DNA of 64,000 nucleotides from an uncultured Lachnospiraceae bacterium. Its GTDB lineage: Bacteria; Bacillota; Clostridia; Lachnospirales; Lachnospiraceae. This document shows positions 1 to 9,656 of the stretch, in pieces. The notes under the pieces are model-generated. The model saw only the letters and a list, made by a program, of their open reading frames with translations. It made no database searches and was not told the DNA's origin. The stretch covers positions 17,653 to 81,652 of the forward strand of contig CAMNBU010000005.1 of the NCBI GenBank assembly GCA_946533395.1, read 5' to 3'. The stretch's first letter is position 1. Each line of letters begins with the position of its first letter. The position numbers were made by a program, and so were the translations under genes.

Positions 1-1
1 T

Positions 2-370
2 GCCTTCGCGCAGAGCCCGCGCCCGGCGCTCTACAGCGTGGAGAATACTCCGCTCATCCTTCCCAAGGATCTTTCGGAGTGCACGATAGATACCGATATT
101 GAAAGCGGGACCGTCACCGTGCTCTTTAACGGGCTGATACTCGGGACTGCCGCGATAAACAAAAACACCGATCTTCCCACCGAGCAGCCCCTCCTCGACC
201 CCGAGGAGCCCGCGCCGCCTCCTGAGAAGACCGATCCCGTGCCCTACTATATAGCTGCTGCCGTCATCTGCGCGGTGATACTGACCATCGTACTCATCAT
301 CCTCTTCTCCGACAGGGGCCGCGGCAAGAGAGCCCACAGGAGAAAGACAAAACGCGAAAAGTCGTTTTGA
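2..370 (+). CDS. Partial CDS (5' end lies off-window): C-terminal part of a membrane-anchored protein with a Pro/Glu-rich linker, one TM helix and a basic tail
   Basis: The frame is open from the window edge with no in-frame stop before 38. It contains a hydrophobic stretch (YYIAAAVICAVILTIVLIILF) followed by RGRGKRAHRRKTKREK. A hairpin follows the stop codon. Confidence 0.5.
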   Translation, partial: AFAQSPRPALYSVENTPLILPKDLSECTIDTDIESGTVTVLFNGLILGTAAINKNTDLPTEQPLLDPEEPAPPPEKTDPVPYYIAAAVICAVILTIVLIILFSDRGRGKRAHRRKTKREKSF

Positions 371-383
371 TATGCCTTAACAA

Positions 384-421
384 AAAGTGTCATCCTTCGA
401 GATAGCTCAGGATGACACTTT
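384..421. terminator. Bidirectional intrinsic-terminator-like hairpin between convergent genes
   Basis: Perfect 13-bp stem AAAGTGTCATCCT / AGGATGACACTTT. An A-run precedes it and a T-rich tract follows. Confidence 0.6.
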
Positions 422-422
422 A

Positions 423-1352
423 TTATTTCTTCGCGCTGTTCTTTTTATCCCTTATGCTCTGTGCCCCCTCCTCATCGGTGAGCTTCTGGGTTTTTACGAT
501 GAAGACCCTTCCGCCGGGAGCCTTCTTCACTCTTATCTTTCCCTTCACGAAGCCGTGATCGGGGCAGTAGCAGAGGCTGTAGTACTGCTTTCCGTTCGTG
601 GAGAACCACCTTATCTTCTTGCGAAGCGGTCTTCCGCACACGCAGCAGGCGCATCCCGTCACTATGCGGTCGTTCATCGCTCCCTCGCGGTCCGCAAAAG
701 GCCTCGAGATAAATTTCGTATAGGTTCCGAAGTTCAGATATATCTCATCATCATCGGTCTTCGGAAGCACGTGGTAGTCCACTGACACATACCTTCCGAA
801 GGCGTCCATATCTATGTGTCTGAACACCTCCGCGGTGTACAGAGCGTCCACATAAGCGCTGTGGAAATGCGTATTCTCGTCCGACTCTATACCTAAAAGC
901 TCCGCGGCGCCCTTCAGATTTATCCTCTCCCTGCCGTCCTGATACTGCAGCGAGAACAGCTTCTGCAGATCGTAGAAGAACAGAGGGAAGCCGAAGCCGG
1001 GCCTTATGCGATAGTAATCGCAGTTGTTCTGAAGCTCGGTCAGATCCATATCGCCCCATGTGCAGAATCTGTAGTCGCTGCCGCAGAAGCTTATGAAATC
1101 CCGGTAGACCGTCTTGAACTGCTCCCCCTCCTCGCGAAGAAGCTTATTGTCGATGCCGGTGACCTCTTTGATCTTGTAGTGCACCCTCTTGTATATACTC
1201 GGAGCCACATATCTGTGGAATCGGCCGATCTCATTGCCTTTTTCGTCGACTTTAACAGCACCCACCTCGATTATCTCGAAGGCGGGCGCATTTCCTTTCG
1301 GATGTCCGTTATAGCTCTGATTCCATTCCAGATCAAAAATAATGTAATTCAA
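423..1352 (-). CDS. DnaQ/DEDDh-like 3'-5' exonuclease domain protein with a C-terminal Cys cluster
   Basis: N-terminal IIFDLEWN (Exo I DxE) and HSAYVDALYT (H-x4-D Exo III-like). The C-terminus has CACCVCG...CYCPDHG. Confidence 0.7.
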   Translation of the reverse strand: MNYIIFDLEWNQSYNGHPKGNAPAFEIIEVGAVKVDEKGNEIGRFHRYVAPSIYKRVHYKIKEVTGIDNKLLREEGEQFKTVYRDFISFCGSDYRFCTWGDMDLTELQNNCDYYRIRPGFGFPLFFYDLQKLFSLQYQDGRERINLKGAAELLGIESDENTHFHSAYVDALYTAEVFRHIDMDAFGRYVSVDYHVLPKTDDDEIYLNFGTYTKFISRPFADREGAMNDRIVTGCACCVCGRPLRKKIRWFSTNGKQYYSLCYCPDHGFVKGKIRVKKAPGGRVFIVKTQKLTDEEGAQSIRDKKNSAKK

Positions 1353-1365
1353 ATCGAGCTCCCAT

Positions 1366-2790
1366 CTATCTGCTGCCGCTTCTCTTGAACACTACAGCGA
1401 AGGTCTTCAAAAGGATCTTCAGATCAAGCGCCAGAGACCAGTTGTCGATATAGCTGAGGTCCAGTCTCACGACCTCCTCGAAATCCTCTATATCGCTCCT
1501 TCCGCTGACCTGCCACATGCCGGTAAGACCGGGCTTTAAGCTCAGTCTTCTCTTATGGTAGGGACTGTATTCCTTGAACTCATCCACTGTCGGCGGTCTG
1601 GTGCCGACCAGACTCATATCACCTTTTAATATGTTCCAGAACTGGGGCAGCTCGTCGATTGAGGTCGCTCTGATGAACTTGCCTACCTTCGTGATGCGGG
1701 GATCGTCCTTCATCTTGAACATGGCGCCCTTCATCTCGTTCTGGGCCATGAGCTCCTTTTTTCTCTCCTCGGCATCCCTGTACATCGAGCGGAACTTGTA
1801 GATGTAGAAATACCTTCCATTCCTTCCGACCCTCTTCTGCTTAAATAACAGCGGTCCGGGGGACTCTATGAGAAGAGGCACCGCCACAAAAGGCGTTATG
1901 ACTATCGTTACCGCAAGTCCGACTATCGCCCCCGCTATATCCGCGAGCCTCTTGATGAACATCATGTTCCATGAGAATGTCTTCGCGGAAAACTCCACCG
2001 TGGGGAAGCCGTGCACGTACGCGATGCGGCTGGACATGGCCTTCATGCCGTCGAGCAGGTTGATGTTCACATATACCACGATACCCATCTCCTCGATGGA
2101 GCTTATAAAATCCTTCAGGCTCTTGCCCGTATCGTAGGGAACATTGATAAACACCTCATCGCAGATGCTGGTGCGCAGATAATCCATTATACTGTTGTAA
2201 TTGGCCACCACGGGAAATGAACCGACCTTCTCGCCCACTCTGTCCTCGTCGAGTATGCACACGCCCGCGATCCTGCGGCCCCACTCATTGGCTGCGGAGA
2301 GGCTCTCCACGACCTCCTCCACCCTGTCGGAGCTGGTGATGAGCAAAAGCTGTGACACGCCCTTGCCGTGCAGCTGGTTTTTGGCAATGCTTTTGATCAC
2401 CGAATTGATGATGAGCATCACGACGGTATTTACCGCAACGGACATGACCGCTGCACCACGCGAGGTGTCCTCACTGTTTTTGCCCGCGTACAGTATAAGC
2501 GTGAACACGAGGATGATAAAGAAATTGTTCCTTACACAGTAGAATATCTCATCTATCAGGCCGCGGTTTATCAGGTTTCCCTCCACATTCGTAAAGAGGC
2601 ACACCACAACGTAGGCTATCAGGAACACATATGTCATATATATGAGACCTTCTTTATAATTATCGCCGATACTGCGCTGCATTATCAGAATATCCCATAA
2701 ATATTTGCCGGCCGCCACACTTGCCAGAAGCCCCAGCATATCAAAGAGCATCACTATCAGCCCGGGAGCCTTGGATTTTCTGCTTTCCAT
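1366..2790 (-). CDS. Polyprenyl-phosphate glycosyl-1-phosphate transferase (bacterial sugar transferase, WbaP/EpsL-like)
   Basis: N-terminal TM helices are followed by the C-terminal signature LFKQKRVGRNGRYFYIYKFRSM...DELPQFWNILKGDMSLVGTRPP. Confidence 0.8.
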   Translation of the reverse strand: MESRKSKAPGLIVMLFDMLGLLASVAAGKYLWDILIMQRSIGDNYKEGLIYMTYVFLIAYVVVCLFTNVEGNLINRGLIDEIFYCVRNNFFIILVFTLILYAGKNSEDTSRGAAVMSVAVNTVVMLIINSVIKSIAKNQLHGKGVSQLLLITSSDRVEEVVESLSAANEWGRRIAGVCILDEDRVGEKVGSFPVVANYNSIMDYLRTSICDEVFINVPYDTGKSLKDFISSIEEMGIVVYVNINLLDGMKAMSSRIAYVHGFPTVEFSAKTFSWNMMFIKRLADIAGAIVGLAVTIVITPFVAVPLLIESPGPLLFKQKRVGRNGRYFYIYKFRSMYRDAEERKKELMAQNEMKGAMFKMKDDPRITKVGKFIRATSIDELPQFWNILKGDMSLVGTRPPTVDEFKEYSPYHKRRLSLKPGLTGMWQVSGRSDIEDFEEVVRLDLSYIDNWSLALDLKILLKTFAVVFKRSGSR

Positions 2791-2889
2791 CAGAGTTTTT
2801 CAAACCTTCCTCTTTTAGTCCTTCATCCTTTCGGATTCGTTATATCATACCACAATCCTTTATTTCTTGCAATACGGGAGATTCGGAGG

Positions 2890-2918
2890 TAAAAAACCGC
2901 CGGGAAGACCCCGGCGGT
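2890..2918 (-). terminator. Intrinsic terminator downstream of leuA
   Basis: Stem ACCGCCGGG/CCCGGCGGT with a 5-nt loop, followed by T6 on the minus strand. Confidence 0.65.
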
Positions 2919-2934
2919 TTAAAGTCATGCTGTT

Positions 2935-4635
2935 TTATGCTGTCATCATATGATTAATTGCCGATACAAGCGCGTCTATGGATGAGCGGATGATATCGTC
3001 ATCGCTTCCAACGCCCCAGTACATCCTTCCGTCCTTCTCGATGCCCACATAGCTCATCGCGACAGAGCCCGAGCCCTCGCCCATGGCGCGCTCCTCATAA
3101 ACAGCGAGCTTATAGGAGATGCCGAAGCCGCTCTTCAAAGCGTTGCTCACGGCATCCAGACGTCCGTTGCCCTGGCTTATGAAGACCTTCGTCTTTCCAT
3201 CCTGCTCCAGAGTCACCTCAGTCTCGATGCGGGGCTGAAGCTGCTTGAAATGGCACTCCGTTATGGAGAAGATGGGCCTGTAGCCGATATAGTTCTTCTC
3301 GAATATCCGGCGGATCCACTCGGGCGAGAGCTCAGCGTGCTCCTTGTCTGAGACATCCTTCACGAGATATCCGAATTCCTCCTTCATCTTGTCGGGAAGC
3401 ACGATACCGAAATTCTGCTGCAGTATATAGCTTACACCGCCCTTGCCGGACTGGCTGTTGATCCTTATGACATCCGAGCCGTACTCTCTTCCGACATCCT
3501 TCGGATCCACGGGAAGATACGGTATGGTCCACCAGCCTCCGTCGAGGCCCTCCTCGCGGTACTTCATGCCCTTTGCGATGGCATCCTGATGTGAGCCCGA
3601 GAACGCGGTAAATACGAGCTGTCCGCCGTAAGGCGATCTCTCGTGCACGCGCATTCTTGTAAGTCTCTCATAGACCTCCTTGATCTCATTCATGTGTGAA
3701 AAATCAAGCTTCGGATCCACGCCGTGAGAGTACATGTTCATGGCAAGGGTGACGATATCCACATTGCCGGTACGCTCGCCGTTTCCGAAGAGCGTTCCCT
3801 CGATCCTGTCGGCCCCGGCTAAGAGTCCGAGCTCCGCGTCAGCCACGCCCGTGCCGCGGTCGTTGTGAGGGTGGAGCGAGAGCACCACGCCGTCACGATA
3901 TTTCATATTTCTGCTCATGTACTCGATCTGGCTCGCGAACACGTGAGGCATCGCAAGCTCCACCGTCGCAGGAAGATTGATGATACACTTCTTATCCGGT
4001 GTGGGCTGCCATACATCGAGAACAGCGTTGCAGACCTCAAGGGCGAACTCCGGCTCCGTACCGGTAAAGCTCTCGGGCGAGTACTCGAAGGAGAAATTGC
4101 CCGGGGTCTCGTCGGCCAGCTTCTTAAGAAGCGCCGCGCCGTCCACCGCTATCTGACGGATCTCCTCCTTGGACTTTTTGAACACCTGCTCGCGCTGCGC
4201 GACAGATGTGGAATTATAAACATGTATAACCGCCTTCGGAGCGCCCTTTACAGCCTCGAAGGTCCTTCTTATGATATGCTCCCTCGCCTGCGTGAGCACC
4301 TGAACGGTAACATCCTCGGGGATCATATTTCTCTCGATGAGCGTCCTCATAAACTCGTACTCGGTCTCGCTCGCCGCGGGAAATCCGACCTCAATCTCCT
4401 TGAAGCCTATCTTCACCAGCAGTTCAAAGAATTCGAGCTTCTCCTCGAGGCTCATCGGCTCGATAAGGGCCTGATTGCCGTCGCGAAGATCCACCGAACA
4501 CCACACCGGTGCCTCCGTGATATCATCCTTCTTCGCCCACTCCAGGCACTCCTGCGGGGGAAGATAATACTGCTTTTTGTACTTTCCTGCTTCGATACTC
4601 ATGTTCTGCTCCTCCTTGCTGTATACTATACGCAT
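2935..4635 (-). CDS. leuA: 2-isopropylmalate synthase (long form)
   Basis: VDLRDGNQA, HPHNDRGTG and the C-terminal LeuA regulatory domain are present. It is preceded by a Leu T-box. Confidence 0.9.
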   Translation of the reverse strand: MRIVYSKEEQNMSIEAGKYKKQYYLPPQECLEWAKKDDITEAPVWCSVDLRDGNQALIEPMSLEEKLEFFELLVKIGFKEIEVGFPAASETEYEFMRTLIERNMIPEDVTVQVLTQAREHIIRRTFEAVKGAPKAVIHVYNSTSVAQREQVFKKSKEEIRQIAVDGAALLKKLADETPGNFSFEYSPESFTGTEPEFALEVCNAVLDVWQPTPDKKCIINLPATVELAMPHVFASQIEYMSRNMKYRDGVVLSLHPHNDRGTGVADAELGLLAGADRIEGTLFGNGERTGNVDIVTLAMNMYSHGVDPKLDFSHMNEIKEVYERLTRMRVHERSPYGGQLVFTAFSGSHQDAIAKGMKYREEGLDGGWWTIPYLPVDPKDVGREYGSDVIRINSQSGKGGVSYILQQNFGIVLPDKMKEEFGYLVKDVSDKEHAELSPEWIRRIFEKNYIGYRPIFSITECHFKQLQPRIETEVTLEQDGKTKVFISQGNGRLDAVSNALKSGFGISYKLAVYEERAMGEGSGSVAMSYVGIEKDGRMYWGVGSDDDIIRSSIDALVSAINHMMTA

Positions 4636-4675
4636 CTACTGTCCGGGCCGCCCTTTATCCTGCCCCTACGGCAAT

Positions 4676-4905
4676 ATAAAAGGCGCCCCTAAGTCAGCTT
4701 AGAGACGCCTGTTGGCGCGGTACCACTCTAATTCATGCTCTGCATGCTCTCAAATACCCGTCTCGTGGGCAATACGTCTGTCCCTACTGTCATTTCAGGA
4801 AGCCGCTCCAAAGTGAGTTCACCCGGCCCCTCACACCGTCTCGCACCGACCGACGGTTCTCTGGGCATCACGACCGGACTACTGGTCTTTTTCATCGCGT
4901 TCACC
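4676..4905 (-). promoter_or_regulatory. T-box leader (Leu specifier CUC) with terminator, controlling leuA
   Basis: On the minus strand the stem I start reads GCGATGAAAAAGACCAGTAG. The specifier context is GGTGAA-CUC-A, with CUC at 4817..4815. The T-box sequence AATTAGAGTGGTACCGCGCC is at 4733..4712. A terminator hairpin (AGGCGTCTCTAAG/CTTAGGGGCGCCT) plus TTTTAT lies at 4710..4676. Confidence 0.85.
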
Positions 4906-4979
4906 CCGCCCCGGGGTGCTGTTCGGTATGATAACACATTTTGACGAAAAAGGGAAGACCCTTTTTCGAAAATATCCCT

Positions 4980-5663
4980 CTACAGCCTCTCGAGAAGATC
5001 CGCCACCAGATCAGCGCTGTTTTTTATCTCATTGCTCTCGTAGGTGAGATCGTCGTCGACGGCGACGTCGTCGGCATTGTCCGAGATGACGCGAAGGATG
5101 ACGAAGGGAACGTTGTTCAGGTATGCGACCTGGGCAATGGCCGCGCCCTCCATCTCCGTGCAGTAGGCTTGAAAATTGTCGCGGATGAATTTCTTCCGCG
5201 TCTTATCGGAGATGAACTGATCTCCGCTGACCACGCGGCCGACATGGCATCTTCTTCCCGTGGCTTCGCAGGCCTCCTTCGCGGCGCTGATAAGGCGCTG
5301 GTCGGCCGTGAACGAAAACACCTCCATCCGGGGTATCTGGCCCAGCGGATAACCAAAGCCTACGGCGTCCATATCGTGCTGAACCGCATCCGACGATATC
5401 ACTACATCCCCGATCCGTATGAAGCTCTGCATGCCTCCCGCTATACCGGTGTTGATGATCACGTCGGCGCCCTTGTCACACAGTATCTGTGCGCACACAG
5501 CGGCATTCACCTTGCCGATGCCGCTCCTCACAACGCACACCGTCCTGCCGAGCAGCCTTCCGCGGCAAAACCGCATTCCTGCCCTCTCGTCTGTCTCAAG
5601 TATATCCATCTTCCCGACGAGGCTGTCCACTTCCTCGTCCATCGCTCCGATAATTCCTATCAT
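4980..5663 (-). CDS. mtnN: 5'-methylthioadenosine/S-adenosylhomocysteine nucleosidase
   Basis: MIGIIGAMDEE..., GIAGG and TEMEGAA motifs. The start is moved to the ATG at 5663, which follows AGAAAGG; the longer ORF would overlap the upstream ABC gene. Confidence 0.85.
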   Translation of the reverse strand: MIGIIGAMDEEVDSLVGKMDILETDERAGMRFCRGRLLGRTVCVVRSGIGKVNAAVCAQILCDKGADVIINTGIAGGMQSFIRIGDVVISSDAVQHDMDAVGFGYPLGQIPRMEVFSFTADQRLISAAKEACEATGRRCHVGRVVSGDQFISDKTRKKFIRDNFQAYCTEMEGAAIAQVAYLNNVPFVILRVISDNADDVAVDDDLTYESNEIKNSADLVADLLERL

Positions 5664-5688
5664 ATATTTACCTTTCTTCTTCGGATAC

Positions 5689-7620
5689 TCACGCCCCATA
5701 AGCCTCGGGTGCGCTTCCTGTGTAGAGCTGATAATATCTTCCCTTTGCGGCGATCAGCTCGTCGTGTGTGCCGCGCTCTATGATGCAGCCTTTCTCAAGG
5801 ACCATGATGCAGTCGCTGTTTCTGACGGTCGAGAGCCTGTGCGCTATGACGAAGGTCGTCCTTCCGCTCATGAGCCTGTCCATGCCCTCCTGCACGAGGC
5901 GCTCGGTCCTGGTATCGATCGAGCTGGTGGCCTCATCAAGTATCAGCACGGGCGGGTCCGCGATCGCGGCTCTGGCTATGGCAATGAGCTGTCGCTGGCC
6001 CTGCGAAAGGTTCGCGCCGTCTCCTGTGAGCATCGTATCGTAGCCCTGAGGCAGATGGCGGATGAAGCCGTCCGCGTTCGCGAGTCTGGCCGCCGCGTAG
6101 ATCTCCTCGTCTGTCGCGTCGAGCTTGCCGTAGCGGATGTTCTCCTTCACCGTGTTCGTGAACAGATGGGTCTCCTGAAGCACGACACCGAGAGAGTGCC
6201 TCAGGTCGGCCTTTTTGATCTTATTGATATTTATTCCGTCGTATCGGATCTTGCCGTCCTGAATGTCGTAGAAACGGTTTATCAGGTTGGTTATCGTGGT
6301 CTTGCCGGCGCCTGTGGAGCCTACAAAGGCGATCTTCTGGCCCGGTGTGGCGTACATCTTTATGTTATGGAGAACGATTTTCTCGGGGACGTAGCCGAAG
6401 TCCACATCGTCGAACACCACATCTCCGGTGAGGCGCTTGTACTCGGTCTCACCCGTCGCCTGATGTGTGTGCTTCCACGCCCACAGGCCGGTCTTTTTAT
6501 CGCTCTCGACGAGTGTTCCGTTTTCCTCGGATGCGCATACCAGTGTGACATAGCCCTCGTCCACCTCGGGCTTTTCATCCAGAAGCTTGAATATTCTGTC
6601 CGCTCCGGCCAGAGCCATTATCACGGAATTGAACTGCTGGCTTATCTGGTTTATGGGCATGTTGAACTGCCTTGTAAATGTCAGGAAGCTGACCAGCGCT
6701 CCTGTAGTAAAGCCGCCCACTCCGTTGATGGCAAATAATCCTCCGGCTACGGCGCAGATGACATAGCTTAAATTGCCCAGCTGCGCGTTTACGGGGCCCA
6801 TGACGTTCGCGAATTTATTGGCGTTGTTGGCGCTGTCGAAGAGCTTGTCGTTGAGCTCGTTGAAGCGGTCCATCGACTCCTGCTCGTGGCAGAATACCTT
6901 TACGACCTTCTGGCCGTCCATCATCTCCTCTATGAAGCCGTTCACAGCGCCGAGGTCCTTCTGCTGCGATACGAAATACCTTCCGGACATGGACATGCAC
7001 TTCTTCGACACCATGAATATCATGATGACCATCACGATCTCAAGCACCGTCAGCGGTACGCTGAGTATGAGCATGCTTATGAACACGCTCACGATGGTCA
7101 CTGCGGAATTGATGAACTGAGGCACGCTCTGGCTGACCATCTGCCTGAGAGTATCGATATCGTTCGTGTACATCGACATGATGTCGCCGTGCGCATGGGT
7201 ATCGAAATATCTGATCGGCAGGTTCTCCATGTGCGTGAACATGTCGTTTCGCAGGTCCCTCAGTGTGCCCTGCGTCACATTCACCATGATCCTCGCGTGT
7301 ACATACGCGGAAATGATACCGATGGCGTAGAATATCGCGACTCTGGCCATGGCCGAAAGAAGAGGACCGTAGTCCGGAAGCTCTGCTCCTATCATGGGAG
7401 CGATATATACGTCGATGAGGTCCTTGGTGAACATGGTTCCCTGCACGCTCGCGAAAACTCCCACAAATATGCATACGAGCACGATGACGCAGTGAACGGT
7501 GTAGTTTTTCAGGACATATTTCATTATACGGGCAAATATCCCCACGGGGTTCTCGAGCTTTGGCCTCGGTCCGAAGTTCAGCTGCCTTCCGGGGCCCTTT
7601 ACGGGTTTTGCTTCAGCCAT
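5689..7620 (-). CDS. ABC exporter, fused permease/ATPase (heterodimer partner 2)
   Basis: Six-TM N-terminal domain. Walker A GSTGAGKTT, signature LSQGQRQ, Walker B ILILDEATS. Confidence 0.85.
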   Translation of the reverse strand: MAEAKPVKGPGRQLNFGPRPKLENPVGIFARIMKYVLKNYTVHCVIVLVCIFVGVFASVQGTMFTKDLIDVYIAPMIGAELPDYGPLLSAMARVAIFYAIGIISAYVHARIMVNVTQGTLRDLRNDMFTHMENLPIRYFDTHAHGDIMSMYTNDIDTLRQMVSQSVPQFINSAVTIVSVFISMLILSVPLTVLEIVMVIMIFMVSKKCMSMSGRYFVSQQKDLGAVNGFIEEMMDGQKVVKVFCHEQESMDRFNELNDKLFDSANNANKFANVMGPVNAQLGNLSYVICAVAGGLFAINGVGGFTTGALVSFLTFTRQFNMPINQISQQFNSVIMALAGADRIFKLLDEKPEVDEGYVTLVCASEENGTLVESDKKTGLWAWKHTHQATGETEYKRLTGDVVFDDVDFGYVPEKIVLHNIKMYATPGQKIAFVGSTGAGKTTITNLINRFYDIQDGKIRYDGININKIKKADLRHSLGVVLQETHLFTNTVKENIRYGKLDATDEEIYAAARLANADGFIRHLPQGYDTMLTGDGANLSQGQRQLIAIARAAIADPPVLILDEATSSIDTRTERLVQEGMDRLMSGRTTFVIAHRLSTVRNSDCIMVLEKGCIIERGTHDELIAAKGRYYQLYTGSAPEAYGA

Positions 7621-9395
7621 CAGAGCTCACCTCCGTTCTCATCGAAATCGCCGCCGCCCTGAGTCTGAGTCTCGTAGACATCGCGGTAGATCGTATTGTT
7701 TGCCAGCAGTTCCTCATGCGTGCCGAAGCCGTTCACGCGGCCGTTATCGAGCACGATGATCCTGTCCGCGTTCATCACGGAGCTTATCCTCTGAGCTATT
7801 ATCAGCTTCGTGGTACCGGGTATCTCCTCCGCGAATGCCTTTCTTATCTTCGCGTCCGTAGCTGTATCGACAGCCGATGTTGAGTCGTCGAGTATAAGTA
7901 TCTTGGGCTTCTTAAGAAGCGCTCTCGCGATACACAGCCTCTGCTTCTGGCCTCCGGACACATTGGTTCCGCCCTGCTCGATATGGGTGTCATAGCCCTC
8001 GGGCATCTGCTCTATGAACTCGTCCGCGCAGGCCAGGCGGCAGGCGTGCCTGCACTCCTCCAAAGTGGCCTCCTTGTTGCCCCAGCGGAGGTTGTCGAGC
8101 ACGCTCCCCGAGAAGAGCACGTTCTTCTGAAGCACCACCGACACCTCGTTTCTGAGCGTCTCAAGATCGTAGTCGCGCACGTCCACACCGCCCACGTATA
8201 CCGCACCCGTACCGCCGGCACCCTCTTCCCCCTCTGTCACATCGTACAGACGGCTGATGAGATTCACAAGGGAGGACTTCGAGCTTCCCGTTCCTCCGAT
8301 GATACCGATGGTCTCACCGGACTTTATGCGAAGATTCACATCCGTCAGGACATACTCCTTCGCCTCCTTATTGTAGGCAAAATACACATGGTCGAACCAG
8401 ATGCTTCCGTCGCGAACACTTGTTACGGGATCGTCGGGATTCACTATATCCGCCTTCTCGTTCAGTACCTCGCATATACGCTTGGCGCTGGCGATGGACA
8501 TCGTGATCATGACGAAGATCATCGATAGCATCATAAGGTTCATGAGGATGTTCATGCAGTACGCGAGCATACTTGTCAGGTTGCCCGTGGTGAGCTCGGT
8601 CGAAACGACTAAGTGCGCTCCGAACCACGAGATGGCCAGTATACTGCAGTACACCGCCACATTCATCATGGGGGATATGAAGGCGAGCATACTCTCGGCT
8701 TTTACGAACATCTTGTAGATATTTCCTGAGGCCTTCGTGAACTTCTCCTTCTCGTGATCCTCCCTCACATACGCCTTCACCACTCTGACGGCGGTGACAT
8801 TCTCCTTGACCGATGCATTCAGATCGTCATACTTCTTGAAGACCTGGCTGAAGTACTTCATGGTCTTCGCCATAAGAAGCACCATAAAAAGAGCGAGTAC
8901 GATCACCGCTATGAGGTAGATGCTCGCGAGCTTCGGGCTTATGAAGAATGCCATAAACATGGCAATGATTATCGAAAATGGCGCACGGAAGCACATCCTC
9001 AGTATCATCTGGTATGCGTTCTGAATGTTCGTGACATCCGTGGTCATACGTGTGACGAGTCCCGCGGTGGAGAACTTGTCGATATTGGAAAAGGCGAAGG
9101 TCTGTATGTTCTCATACATCGCCTTGCGCAGATTGCGGGCAAAACCGGTGCTGGCCTTTGCGGCGAATATACCGCCTAAAAGGCCGGCGGACAGTCCTAC
9201 GACTGCCGCCAGCACCATGAATAGTCCGATCTGAATAACGTGGTCAAGATTGCCCACCTCGATACCGTCATCGATGATGGATGCCATCATAAGGGGGATG
9301 ACCATCTCCATTATGACCTCTATCACCATCGCGATGGGTGTAAGAATCGAAGGAGCCTTGAACTCCTTGATGTGAGACGCAAGTGTCTTAAGCAT
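7620..9395 (-). CDS. ABC exporter, fused permease/ATPase (heterodimer partner 1)
   Basis: TM domain plus Walker A GGTGSSKSS, signature VSGGQKQR and Walker B ILILDDSTS. Its stop overlaps the start of the next gene. Confidence 0.85.
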   Translation of the reverse strand: MLKTLASHIKEFKAPSILTPIAMVIEVIMEMVIPLMMASIIDDGIEVGNLDHVIQIGLFMVLAAVVGLSAGLLGGIFAAKASTGFARNLRKAMYENIQTFAFSNIDKFSTAGLVTRMTTDVTNIQNAYQMILRMCFRAPFSIIIAMFMAFFISPKLASIYLIAVIVLALFMVLLMAKTMKYFSQVFKKYDDLNASVKENVTAVRVVKAYVREDHEKEKFTKASGNIYKMFVKAESMLAFISPMMNVAVYCSILAISWFGAHLVVSTELTTGNLTSMLAYCMNILMNLMMLSMIFVMITMSIASAKRICEVLNEKADIVNPDDPVTSVRDGSIWFDHVYFAYNKEAKEYVLTDVNLRIKSGETIGIIGGTGSSKSSLVNLISRLYDVTEGEEGAGGTGAVYVGGVDVRDYDLETLRNEVSVVLQKNVLFSGSVLDNLRWGNKEATLEECRHACRLACADEFIEQMPEGYDTHIEQGGTNVSGGQKQRLCIARALLKKPKILILDDSTSAVDTATDAKIRKAFAEEIPGTTKLIIAQRISSVMNADRIIVLDNGRVNGFGTHEELLANNTIYRDVYETQTQGGGDFDENGGEL

Positions 9396-9426
9396 TTGTG
9401 TTTCTCCCGTCCGGACAGTATCCGGA

Positions 9427-9645
9427 TCACTTCATTTCCATGACCTTTACACGGAGCTCGGCGCTCTCGCGCTCGATGACCTCCTTCTCGGCCTTGATCT
9501 GAGCCATAAGCTCGTTCTGCCTGTCAATGCTCTGCTCGAGGAAGGTGATCTTCTGCTCAGTGAGCTCAAGCTCCTGCATGAGCCTGTCGATCCTCTCCCT
9601 CATGACAGTCATTATCTCCATGTCCATGTTTTCGTTCTCTGCCAT
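9427..9645 (-). CDS. Small coiled-coil protein (72 aa), function unknown
   Basis: AGGAGG lies 4 nt upstream of the ATG. The sequence has a heptad-like E/L/K-rich pattern. Confidence 0.55.
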   Translation of the reverse strand: MAENENMDMEIMTVMRERIDRLMQELELTEQKITFLEQSIDRQNELMAQIKAEKEVIERESAELRVKVMEMK

Positions 9646-9656
9646 AATCTGCCTCC

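Noticed and set aside
4728-4944. Two 69-aa ORFs on opposite strands between leuA and mtnN
   Set aside because: They lie within the T-box leader RNA, and the structured non-coding element accounts for the region.
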